From the NCBI GenBank assembly GCA_963790475.1, contig CAWBOS010000010.1, positions 128,001 through 192,000 on the forward strand: a stretch of DNA of 64,000 nucleotides. The letters are read 5' to 3'. The notes under the pieces are model-generated. The model had not been told where the DNA came from, made no database searches, and saw nothing but the letters and a program-made list of their open reading frames with translations. Positions 51,950-61,304 of the stretch are shown one piece after another; the stretch's first letter is position 1; the number at the start of each line of letters is the position of its first letter. The translations under genes were made by a program, and so were the position numbers. This DNA comes from an uncultured delta proteobacterium. GTDB taxonomy: Bacteria > Desulfobacterota > RBG-13-43-22.

Positions 51950-52136
51950 TGACTTAAGTCAATGACTATAGTCATTAATGAATGGAATTTGAACTGCTGG
52001 CGACTGCTGCGTGTAAGAAATACCTTAATAAATTCAAGAAAGAGTCAAGGGAAGACCCCCATAATCAGGGAACGTGGAAATGAGCGACACACAACCGGCT
52101 TCAAGGGAGTACTCGATATCCAAGGGACAGCGGACC
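51851..52136 (+). repeat. Direct repeat copy B
   Basis: Matches 49976-50265. Confidence 0.92.
51909..51976 (+). promoter_or_regulatory. Sigma70 promoter with tandem TetR-type operator
   Basis: TTGACA-N17-TATAAA; AATGACTTAAGTC plus AATGACTATAGTCATT (51961-51976). Confidence 0.8.
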
Positions 52137-53381
52137 TACATTTTCGTTCTCTTATGTTTACTCTGTTTCTTCGATGGCCTTGACCGGTACATAGTATCGG
52201 CAATATTCCCGTTCATCAAACAGGAATTTGCCCTGACCGATACTCAGAGCGGGATGCTCGTCGCGACCGTTTACTGGTCGATCCTGGTGCTCGTGTTTCC
52301 GGTCTCGATAATCATCGACCGTTGGAGCCGCAGAAAAACCATAAGCATCATGGCAATTTGTTGGAGCCTGGCATCGATGGCCTGTGCTTTCGCAGGTAAT
52401 TTCGCCCAGCTTTTCACAGCCAGAACGTTTTTAGGTTTTGGTGAAGCGGGTTTCGGAGCCGGTGGCGCCCCCGTGATTACCGGTCTTTATCCTCTGGAAA
52501 AGCGAGCTCGTATGATAGGTATCTGGGGCGCATCGGCCTTTTTTGCCAATGCAGTGGCTATGGCTCTCGGGGGTGTAATTGCGACGCGCTTCGGCTGGCG
52601 CGCTGTCTTCGGACTGACGGCTCTCCCCGGTTTGATTGTGGCCTTCTTGTTCTTTTTCATCAAGGATTACAAGACCGTTGAGCTGATAAAGGTGGTGAAG
52701 GCGGGGACCGGGGAGGCATTAAAGATCAAAATGAAGGCGGCCGACGCCGCCTGGGAATTTCTTCGGACGCCATCGCTTATTTTGACCTACCTGGGCATGG
52801 GGTTTGTGCAATTTGTGGCGGTGGGCATGCTCACCTGGTTGCCAACCTATTTCAACCGGACCTATGGCATTCCCATGGGCCAGGCCGGGCTGAAGGCAGC
52901 TTCAATCATGGTGCTTACCATTATCGGCGCGCCTCTGGGCGGTTTCCTGTGTGATCTGTGGGTGAAGAAAAAATTAAATACGCGGCTTGTTTTTTCCGCT
53001 GCAACCACCTTCCTATCGGCACTCCTCGGTTTCGCAGCCTTCTACCTGTTCAATGGCGACATCCAGTATGGCGTTCTCTTGATGATGGGTTTAACCACCA
53101 GTGCTTTTATTGGGGCAGCAACCACCATCACTCAGGAAGTAATACATCCCGGTCTAAGAGCCATTTCAGGAGGCCTGTCTGTGGTGGCTACAAGTTTGAT
53201 CGGTGGATCACTGGCTCCGGTGGTCATGGGCGCCATCTCCGATGCCGCGGGCATTAAGACCGCCATGATGGTTCTGCCGGCTTTCCTGTTTTTGGCGGCC
53301 TCTTTCTTTTTTATCGGCTCATTTTTCTTTATGAGGGACTATAACAAAGTTGAAAAGATACCGCTTCAGGCCGAATTCTGA
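52080..53381 (+). CDS. MFS transporter, Spinster-like; paralogue of 61305-62612
   Basis: FDGLDRYIVS...IKQEFALTDTQSG, IDRWSRRK, RTFLGFGEA. Confidence 0.88.
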   Translation: MSDTQPASREYSISKGQRTYIFVLLCLLCFFDGLDRYIVSAIFPFIKQEFALTDTQSGMLVATVYWSILVLVFPVSIIIDRWSRRKTISIMAICWSLASMACAFAGNFAQLFTARTFLGFGEAGFGAGGAPVITGLYPLEKRARMIGIWGASAFFANAVAMALGGVIATRFGWRAVFGLTALPGLIVAFLFFFIKDYKTVELIKVVKAGTGEALKIKMKAADAAWEFLRTPSLILTYLGMGFVQFVAVGMLTWLPTYFNRTYGIPMGQAGLKAASIMVLTIIGAPLGGFLCDLWVKKKLNTRLVFSAATTFLSALLGFAAFYLFNGDIQYGVLLMMGLTTSAFIGAATTITQEVIHPGLRAISGGLSVVATSLIGGSLAPVVMGAISDAAGIKTAMMVLPAFLFLAASFFFIGSFFFMRDYNKVEKIPLQAEF

Positions 53382-53486
53382 TAGGAAAGTCGGGTATGAA
53401 CAAATCGAAATCGAATAATGAGGAATACATTCTTCTCCGGATCTTTCCTAAAGGGAAATGATCCGGCGGAAAGGGAGGTCTGAGGT

Positions 53487-54758
53487 ATGAACATCGGCGC
53501 GATAGTGCCGGACATAAGTCTCCAGCAGGTGAAGGACGCCTTTGCTTTTACCGACCGAGTGGTTGAGGGATACCCTGACCGTCTGGCCGGGACAGCGGCC
53601 TGCCACAGGGCCGCCGAACACATTAAAGCTGAGTTTGAACGGTGCTGCGACGAAGGGACCGTTAAGGCTGAGCCGTGCGTTATCCACCCGCAGAGCTTCG
53701 TCAAGTATATACCGGGACTGGTGGTGCTTTATTACGGTTGCATATTACTGCTGTATTTCTTACCCTCCAGGGCTTGGATTTCCTTCGTCGGCCTGGCATT
53801 GGGCGGGTTCGCCTACTACGGGCAGAGCGTACGTCAATGGCACCTGCTGGACCCGTTCTTCCCCAGGAAGCTGGGCTACAATGTCTATGGCTCGATTGAA
53901 CCATCGGGCGAAGTGAAGCAGCAAGTCATCTTATCGGCCCACCATGATGCGGCCTACGTATTCCATTTACGGGCGCTCCTGCCTAAATTATACGGGCCCT
54001 ACAGGAAAGCCGGTGGAGTGCTGCTGCTCATCGCCGTATTGGTATCCCTTACCGCCTCTGTATTCGCCTCTTTTTTTAGCTTAGCCTTCCCGCCGTGGGT
54101 GGCCCTGGTGCTTCTCATACTGGGTCTCATCGAGCTCCCTTTTTTGTTTTTCACCACCAGCCAGGTGTCGCCGGCAGCGGGGGATGATATGATGGCCGTG
54201 GCCATTGCCGCCGGCATCGGCAAACTCTTCGGCGATGCTAAGGAGGCCGGGAGCAACCCCCTCAGACACACCCGGCTGATCCTTCTCTCCTTTGACGCTG
54301 AGGAGTGCGGCCTGCGCGGTTCCCGAGCCTGGGTCAAACAGCACCTGGCGGAGATCAGGGCCACGAAGAGCTTCGCCTTAAACATGGACCCTATATACAA
54401 GCTCAAGACGCTGAATTTTTTCGATGCCGAACTTGGCGGAAAAATAAAACTTTCCCGGGAGATGGCACAGGAATGCGTGGATATTGCGGCGGCCTTGGGA
54501 TATGAGACCTACGTCGCGCCGTCGCGCGGCGGCTCGGCTTCTGATGCCGCGTCTTATGGTGCGGCGGGTATCGAGGCTACCAATCTCCACGGCATGAGTT
54601 CAGGGAACAAAGATCTCGGTGTCTATCATACCGCCGATGATTTCAGCAAGCACATTGAGCCGGAGTTGGTGGAAGCCGCTCTCAAGATCGTACGGGAGTT
54701 TATCCTCAGGAAAGACGCCAGCGCCAAAAAAAATTATGGCCGGACAAACGATAATTAA
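53487..54758 (+). CDS. M28 family metallopeptidase with internal TM segments
   Basis: SAHHD, AGDD, DAEECGLRGS, NMD, SDAASY, YHTADD. Confidence 0.85.
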   Translation: MNIGAIVPDISLQQVKDAFAFTDRVVEGYPDRLAGTAACHRAAEHIKAEFERCCDEGTVKAEPCVIHPQSFVKYIPGLVVLYYGCILLLYFLPSRAWISFVGLALGGFAYYGQSVRQWHLLDPFFPRKLGYNVYGSIEPSGEVKQQVILSAHHDAAYVFHLRALLPKLYGPYRKAGGVLLLIAVLVSLTASVFASFFSLAFPPWVALVLLILGLIELPFLFFTTSQVSPAAGDDMMAVAIAAGIGKLFGDAKEAGSNPLRHTRLILLSFDAEECGLRGSRAWVKQHLAEIRATKSFALNMDPIYKLKTLNFFDAELGGKIKLSREMAQECVDIAAALGYETYVAPSRGGSASDAASYGAAGIEATNLHGMSSGNKDLGVYHTADDFSKHIEPELVEAALKIVREFILRKDASAKKNYGRTNDN

Positions 54759-54902
54759 CCATGGGAAAAAGACTCAATTTAGAAAAGCCCAAAAAAGGGG
54801 GTGATGTGCAGATTCCCGTGAAAAAAAAATAAGTTAGGAGGTTTTGCTTTCTTAAAGAAGAGGCTGTTTTTCAAACTGCAACTACCACGAGGAGAAAAAG
54901 AG

Positions 54903-56141
54903 ATGATGAAGAAATTAGGCATGTTTGCTTTTGTTATGGCCCTGGCAGTCGCCTTTTCCCTGCCGGCCTACGCTGGCACCATTGCCGGTGAAAAAGAATT
55001 TTCCGTAACTATAGGCGGTTCGTATTCCCTTGATGCGAACTGGAATATCAGGGACAAAAATTACAATACTTTCATCAATCCGGCTGGCGGCGGGAAGGAT
55101 CAAACCAAGTTCATTATGGATGTCCCCTTTTGGAGCTACATGTACATACTAGTCCGGCAGGGGGGGTTCAGCGGCTATGCGGATATCGCTACCTCGATAT
55201 CCCGGGAGTCTAATCAGCTCCAAGTTCCCACCTCCAACTTCCAAAACGATGCCGACTTCATCACAAACGGTCGGTGGTACGGGTCCTATAGATTCGGAAA
55301 TATGGAAATCAGGGCAGGAAAGGATAATGGTTGGTTTGACTCCGATGCCTACGGGGTCGGTGGGCCATCGGTCCTTGGTTATTCTGCGGCCAACACTAGT
55401 CACGTAGCCTTGATCGGCTGGGGCTGGACTTATGACGGCAAGAGCGCCAATCTCAGGTTCCTCCACAACGTCAACAAGATGTTCGGCTACCAAATCGCCC
55501 TGGTCGATACCGGCACCTATGCCGAAACTGTCGGCACGGCGACCAGGCTGTCCTATGCTCAATATCCGGGCATTGCCGCCAAGATCCTGTTGAACTTCGG
55601 TGTGGTGAGCCTTTATCCGGCCGCTGTCTACCAGCAGGTTAAATGGGATAGTTTGACACCCGGGTTTCAGGACAATATGACCGCCTGGGCTGCGACATTA
55701 CCGGTAAGGGTCACGGTTGGTCCTTTCTCAGCCGGAGGGCAGATAACTTATGGAAAGAACGTAGGTGGTGCGACCTCTGGAAACGTCCTGCTGAGAGGAG
55801 AAAATTCCAATACCGGTTATCTAAGGGATGCCGCCGGCAACATCCAAGATACCACCGATTGGGCTGGCTTTATTGCTCTGGGCTATGCTTTTGGTCCGGC
55901 GCAACCGTATATCTGGTTCGGTTTTGACCATGCCCAAAATGACCATTGGAAGAATATTTTTAATGCCAATGATTACTATCAAAGGACGTCGTACGGGATC
56001 AATCTCTATTACACGATCGGCAACTTTCAAATTGTTCCTGAAGTTGCCTTTTATGATTATGGAAACTTAGCTGGGGTACCAGGCAAACAAGCTTTAGGCA
56101 CAGAGTGGTTGGCCGGCGTTCATTTCCGCTTCTCCTTTTAA
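54903..56141 (+). CDS. Outer-membrane porin-like beta-barrel protein
   Basis: Signal peptide (PAYA), aromatic/Gly-rich alternating strands, C-terminal FRFSF. Confidence 0.8.
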   Translation: MMKKLGMFAFVMALAVAFSLPAYAGTIAGEKEFSVTIGGSYSLDANWNIRDKNYNTFINPAGGGKDQTKFIMDVPFWSYMYILVRQGGFSGYADIATSISRESNQLQVPTSNFQNDADFITNGRWYGSYRFGNMEIRAGKDNGWFDSDAYGVGGPSVLGYSAANTSHVALIGWGWTYDGKSANLRFLHNVNKMFGYQIALVDTGTYAETVGTATRLSYAQYPGIAAKILLNFGVVSLYPAAVYQQVKWDSLTPGFQDNMTAWAATLPVRVTVGPFSAGGQITYGKNVGGATSGNVLLRGENSNTGYLRDAAGNIQDTTDWAGFIALGYAFGPAQPYIWFGFDHAQNDHWKNIFNANDYYQRTSYGINLYYTIGNFQIVPEVAFYDYGNLAGVPGKQALGTEWLAGVHFRFSF

Positions 56142-56158
56142 TCTATTCTAAAAAAATA

Positions 56159-56200
56159 ACCAAAAACCCCGGATGATTTTCTCTCCGGGGTTTTTTTGGT
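56159..56200 (+). terminator. Intrinsic terminator
   Basis: AAAAACCCCGGA-loop-TCCGGGG followed by a T-run. Confidence 0.88.
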
Positions 56201-56317
56201 CAAATTTTTATAGAGACCGCCCGGGATGAATTTATCCGCTTAATCAACTTTACTAAAATCACGCTATTTTCCCAAAATAATTAATCCCAAAACCCTGGAG
56301 GGGCAACCTCCAGGGTT

Positions 56318-56577
56318 TTATTTACCTCCTAATTTTTGATAGGTTGGTTTTTCTGTTTTTCGTAAATCCTCTGTCCAATCCCCGCCCGCAAGATTCATCA
56401 ATATCAACGCCAGTACCGTTTGGGTATCCGTCCACCCTCGCTGTAAATGCTTCTCTAGGCTGCCGCCTATCCCCATCACCGACGCTAAATCCGGATAAAC
56501 CGGCAATCCCTCCATCGCGGTCATCCCCTCTCTTTCTTCTCTTCTTTGTACTTGAATGATAGAACTCCTTGTGTCAT
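56318..56577 (-). mobile_element. IS1380-family transposase N-terminal remnant
   Basis: MTQGVLSFKYKEEKKERG / frameshift / MTAMEGLPVYPDLASVMG...GWTDTQTVLALILMNLAGGD. Confidence 0.65.
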
Positions 56578-56804
56578 AATGCTTTCACCTCGTTGATGAT
56601 AGTTCTTCCTTTAAAAAAGACTCTATCATCTCGATCCATCGAGATCGGCAAGGTTTTTTATTTTTTTGATAGTGAATTAAGGTGATCTGGTAAGCGAGGC
56701 GGAGAAGATGGCCCCTGTTGCGCTGCGCGGATTGCGGGCCAAATAAGGTTGTTGTTTTGTATACATCCTACAAATAAAACGTATACCGAAAGTTGTTTTG
56801 GAAT

Positions 56805-57458
56805 ATGGCCTTGGGGAAGAACAAACTGACCGATCGAAAAAAAAGAGCCATGGCGACCGCCCGGAAAATCAACAAGACCGCCTTGAAACTTTTTTATAGG
56901 GATGGATTTGATAGGGTCACGGTTGATGAGATATGCGAAAGTGCGGGGGTCTCGAAAGGCTCCTTCTATGTTTATTTCAAGTCCAAGGAGCAGGTCATTG
57001 TGGACGTGTACTCCAAAACGGACGAAACCTATGATGCCTACGTGGCCAATGATTTGGCCTCGATAACCAACCCGGTGGAGAAATTGTGGCTCCTGGGAAG
57101 GAAGGGGCTGAGTTACACCAGTGAGATGGGAGCGGAGATTATACAGGTTACCTACCGGGCCAGGCTGACTTTCGACAAGAAGGGCACGGCCTACCGTTCC
57201 GAGAACAGGTCCATATATAAAATAGTGAAGTCCTTGGTTGAAGAGGCCCAGGCCGGGGGCTACCTGCGCAATGATTTCAGTAGTGAGGAGATCGCGTGGA
57301 TGATACTTCGCTGTGTTGGTGGTATAACCCATGACTGGTGTCTGGTCAAAGGCGGTTTCGATCTTGTTTCCGAAGGGGAAAAGGTCTTCGGTGTTCTGCT
57401 GAGGGGATTACGTCCCGAATCTCTCCAGGGACCGATGGAAGGCCCTCCAAAACCATAA
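56805..57458 (+). CDS. TetR/AcrR family regulator
   Basis: ALKLFYRDGFDRVTVDEICESAGVSKGSFYVYFKSKE. Confidence 0.95.
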   Translation: MALGKNKLTDRKKRAMATARKINKTALKLFYRDGFDRVTVDEICESAGVSKGSFYVYFKSKEQVIVDVYSKTDETYDAYVANDLASITNPVEKLWLLGRKGLSYTSEMGAEIIQVTYRARLTFDKKGTAYRSENRSIYKIVKSLVEEAQAGGYLRNDFSSEEIAWMILRCVGGITHDWCLVKGGFDLVSEGEKVFGVLLRGLRPESLQGPMEGPPKP

Positions 57459-57495
57459 AAGTCTACGGATTTCTTTTCGATTTCACACAAAAATC

Positions 57496-57564
57496 TTGAC
57501 AAGTCCATCTTCGCCGGTGTATAAATCGGTCCGGTAATGACTGAAGTCAATGACTATAGTCATT
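57496..57564 (+). promoter_or_regulatory. Sigma70 promoter with tandem TetR-type operator
   Basis: TTGACA...TATAAA; AATGACTGAAGTC plus AATGACTATAGTCATT (57549-57564). Confidence 0.8.
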
Positions 57565-57882
57565 AACCGATGAAACTCGAACGGACGGCGGCCGATATTT
57601 GTCGGGGCTATTTCGGATGCCTACAATATCCAGACGCGCTTGCCCTATTACCTGTAGGGCATCGTAATTTCCGGGATCCTGTTCTTCATTGCCTCATTTT
57701 TCTATGAAAAAGACCTGTTACAGGTTGAAGGCGTGGCACTGCAGGCTGCTGCCCAGGCTGGCAGAGTGGTTTATAGACCGGAAGATCAAGTGCGTGCAGA
57801 AGTCCGAGAAGACACTTCCAATTGGAAAAAAATAAATATTTTCATGGATTGGGTTTTCCCAAGCCAACAAGGAGATAAATCC

Positions 57883-59214
57883 ATGGCCAAACTTGAATTC
57901 CCTCAGAAAGGAATGCCCCGGGAGGAGCTTTTCTCCGAACTGCGTTCGCTGAAATCAGGCGACAGCGACTGGAAGAACGGGCGCATGTTCAGCCTCGTCT
58001 TCAATGCCGGTGAAGACATTGCCGGTGTAGCCGAAGAAGCCTATGCCTTGTTTATGGTGGAGAACGGACTCAGCCCTTTTGCCTTTCCCAGCTTGCTGAA
58101 GATGGAGACCGAAGTGGCCTCCATGATGGCCGATTTATTCCACGGTGATTCGGATACGGTGGGCAATATGACCTCCGGCGGGTCGGAGAGCATCCTCCTG
58201 GCGGTCAAGGCGGCTCGTGATTATGCCCGGTCCAGGAAACCTCACATTATTCGGCCTGAGCTCCTCATGTCCCTTTCGGCTCACCCGGCCTTTAACAAGG
58301 CGGCCCATTACCTGGGCCTGAAAACCGTTATTGTACCCACGCAAAAGGGAACCCTCGATGCCGATGTGGAGGCTATGGGCCGGGCGGTCACCGAGAATAC
58401 GGTCATGATGGTGGGCTCGGCACCGTCCTACCCTCACGGAATCATCGATCCTATAGAAGAGCTGGCCGGGAAGGCAGCCGGGAAGGACATCTGGATGCAT
58501 GTGGACGCCTGTGTGGGCGGGTTGGAGCTGCCCTTTGTTAAAAGGCTGGGCTATCCTCTGCCGAACTTTGATTTTCAGATCCCCGGTGTGTGCTCCCTAT
58601 CAGCGGATATCCATAAATACGGATTTACTCCCAAGGGGGCATCGGTGGTTCTTTTCAGGAACCCGGAATTGCGGAAATATCAGCTTTTCGCCTATGCCGA
58701 CTGGCCGGGGGGCGTCTACGCTACCCCGAACGTGTCCGGTTCGAGGCCGGGCGGCCCTATCGCCTCGAGCTGGGCCGTACTCAAATACCTCGGCCTGGAA
58801 GGATATATGCGTTTGGCGGCGCAAAGCATGGAAGCGACCCAAAAGCTGATCGAGGGCATCAAGTCCATTCCCGAGTTGTATGTCCTTGGGAAACCATTGA
58901 CCACTGTTTTCGCCATCGGAAGCGACGTGCTCAATATCTTTGCCCTGGGGGAGAAGATGAAGGAATACCGCTGGTTCATCGACAGCCAGCATTTACCCCC
59001 TTGCCTTCACATGACCATCTCGCCGATTCATGTTGCCATCGTAGAGCCTTTATTGGACGACTTGCGGGCCGCGGTCAAAGAAACGGCCCGGCTCAAGCCG
59101 GAGGACATCAGCGGTGAAGCGGCCATGTACGGCATGATCGGCTCTCTTCCCGACCGCGCCCAGGCCGAGGAATTTGCCGTGCAATACCTGAACGACCTGT
59201 ACCGTGTCCACTAA
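57883..59214 (+). CDS. Sphingosine-1-phosphate lyase-like PLP enzyme
   Basis: ENGLSPFAFPSLLKME, TSGGSESI, AHPAFNKA, SAPSYPHG, HVDACVGG, SADIHKYG, WPGGVY, GSRPG. Confidence 0.85.
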   Translation: MAKLEFPQKGMPREELFSELRSLKSGDSDWKNGRMFSLVFNAGEDIAGVAEEAYALFMVENGLSPFAFPSLLKMETEVASMMADLFHGDSDTVGNMTSGGSESILLAVKAARDYARSRKPHIIRPELLMSLSAHPAFNKAAHYLGLKTVIVPTQKGTLDADVEAMGRAVTENTVMMVGSAPSYPHGIIDPIEELAGKAAGKDIWMHVDACVGGLELPFVKRLGYPLPNFDFQIPGVCSLSADIHKYGFTPKGASVVLFRNPELRKYQLFAYADWPGGVYATPNVSGSRPGGPIASSWAVLKYLGLEGYMRLAAQSMEATQKLIEGIKSIPELYVLGKPLTTVFAIGSDVLNIFALGEKMKEYRWFIDSQHLPPCLHMTISPIHVAIVEPLLDDLRAAVKETARLKPEDISGEAAMYGMIGSLPDRAQAEEFAVQYLNDLYRVH

Positions 59215-59954
59215 TGGATCCCCTGACTGGGTCTCTTTTTCTTCTGGGGTGCATCCTGGTCCTGGCCCACACGGTTGAAACCACACTGGGTTTCGGCTCC
59301 ACCCTTATCGCACTGGCTTTAGGCATCCACCTTCTCCCCCTGGAGACGCTGGTGCCCATGCTGGTCGTTCTCGGGTTATTGCAGAGCCTGTGGCTGGTAG
59401 GCAGATGGTTCCGACACATTGATTGGAAGGTCCTATTATTAAATATTCTTCCGCTGGCCGCCGCCGGAACGGCCATCGGAATATTCAGCAGGGAAATCGC
59501 TGCCGAAAATACCCTCAAAGCCATTCTGGGCGGTTTTATCATCATCGTTTCTCTGGCCGAATTGGCTGTCCTTTTCATAAGGAAGACGCCCAGCGGTGAG
59601 CTGCGTTGGTTCTTCGGTCTTCCCCTCCTGATCGGCGGTGGGATTTTTCATGGCTTATTTGCCACCGGCGGGCCGCCGATTGTCTATTATGCCAGCCGCC
59701 GGTTAATGACCCAGCAGTCTTTCCGGGCCACGCTGTCTATGCTCTGGCTGGTGCTCAATACCGGATTGGCCATCACCTTCCTGGCGGGAGGGCAATTGGA
59801 CGGAAATAAAGCGGTAATGACAGCGGCGGTGCTGCCGGGATTGGCCGCGGGTGTTCTGTTAGGCAGTTTTATCCGGGTGAAAGAGTTCTGGTTCAAGGGA
59901 CTTACTTACCTCTTTCTCTTTTTCACCGGATTTATTCTGTTAATACAGGTTTAG
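59214..59954 (+). CDS. TauE/SafE (TSUP) family exporter
   Basis: TLGFGS, GLFATGGPP, FRATL; about 8 TM segments. Confidence 0.85.
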   Translation: MDPLTGSLFLLGCILVLAHTVETTLGFGSTLIALALGIHLLPLETLVPMLVVLGLLQSLWLVGRWFRHIDWKVLLLNILPLAAAGTAIGIFSREIAAENTLKAILGGFIIIVSLAELAVLFIRKTPSGELRWFFGLPLLIGGGIFHGLFATGGPPIVYYASRRLMTQQSFRATLSMLWLVLNTGLAITFLAGGQLDGNKAVMTAAVLPGLAAGVLLGSFIRVKEFWFKGLTYLFLFFTGFILLIQV

Positions 59955-60138
59955 TGCGAAAACAGGGTTCAAGGGTTTAAGGGTTTAAACTCCAGGCCTT
60001 TCACCCGGTTCCCCGTAGGGGAACCTTTTCTATAGCTCGATAAAATCGAGCGGCTGAAACCTTGGCCCCTTGAATCCTTTTTCGTGTTTCGTGGGTTCCC
60101 ACCAGGGCATGGGAAAAAAGAAAACCTAAGGAGAGATT

Positions 60139-61212
60139 ATGAAAACGATAAAAAAGGACCTTTCTCAAATGACCTTTGCCGGGCTGCGCAGTTTAGCCGA
60201 TCTTCCCTATTTCGAAATGGCGGCTAATGGGTTGCTCAGGCTTACAGTAGACGATCTGGATAAGGGTATCGACGGCCATACCCATTTAGCCCTCAACGCC
60301 CTGGCCGCCCCCAAACCGGACCTCCTGGCCAAGCCCGGAAAGACCATATATTACATCGGGCCCAATACCCCTCTTTCGATGAATAATTACATGGGGCAGA
60401 ACCAGACGGAGGCGGACATCGCTGAGATGACCAAAAGTCTGCTGGGATCGATCAGTCCCGGCGGCAGCGCCGCGACCGAGACACATACGATTCCCAATCT
60501 GATAGAGGAAATCGATCTTTTAGGGATTGAAAAAACGGTCATCTTCCCCATCGCCTATGGCCTTCCTTACGGCGATGATGTGACCGAATGGTACCTTGAG
60601 GCCATCGAAAGGTCGGGGAAAAAAGATCGCTTCATCATTTGCGGGAGCGTGAAGCCGACACTGCCGGAGGCCGTAGAAAAGACCAAGGCTTTGAAATTGA
60701 AAGGCGTAAAAGGTATCAAAGTGCATCCCAACATGGCCCGTTTCACCCCGAATGACAAGCGGGCCTGGGCCTTTTACGAGGAATGCTCCCAACTCAGGCT
60801 GCCGGTCCTGATCCATTGCGGGTTGGTGGGAAAGGAAGGAATAGTCAAGCCCGACCAGACCATGGGCTATACGGGACGGCACGCCGAAATAACCCATTTC
60901 TTCGAACCGATAGAGGAATTTCCCAACCTGCTATTCGTTCTCTGTCATTCCGGCGCACTTCAAAACGATCAGGCGATCGGTCTGGCCAGAAAAAACAGGA
61001 ATGTCTGGCTTGATATCCAGGGACAGAGCGTGGCCAATATCAGGAAGATGATCGCCGAAGTAGGTCCTGAAAGGCTTATGTTCGGCTCCGATTGGCCCTT
61101 CTTTCCGGTCGCTTCGCTTTTGGCCCGCCTGCTCATGGCCACCGAAGGGGACAAAAAAATAAGAAAAATGATATTCTCAGAAAATGCCAGGCGCTTCTGG
61201 GGCCTGGTCTGA
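60139..61212 (+). CDS. Amidohydrolase-2 family protein
   Basis: IDGHTH, GIKVHP, LIHCG, LCHSG, MFGSDWPF, ENARR. Confidence 0.9.
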   Translation: MKTIKKDLSQMTFAGLRSLADLPYFEMAANGLLRLTVDDLDKGIDGHTHLALNALAAPKPDLLAKPGKTIYYIGPNTPLSMNNYMGQNQTEADIAEMTKSLLGSISPGGSAATETHTIPNLIEEIDLLGIEKTVIFPIAYGLPYGDDVTEWYLEAIERSGKKDRFIICGSVKPTLPEAVEKTKALKLKGVKGIKVHPNMARFTPNDKRAWAFYEECSQLRLPVLIHCGLVGKEGIVKPDQTMGYTGRHAEITHFFEPIEEFPNLLFVLCHSGALQNDQAIGLARKNRNVWLDIQGQSVANIRKMIAEVGPERLMFGSDWPFFPVASLLARLLMATEGDKKIRKMIFSENARRFWGLV

Positions 61213-61304
61213 CCCGCGCATTAAGCCATCTCCAACCGGATTTATTATGCCTTTGTCCACGGACCAGGCCTTCAATAAGTTAATCCAAGTGAGGAGCGCA
61301 GCCT

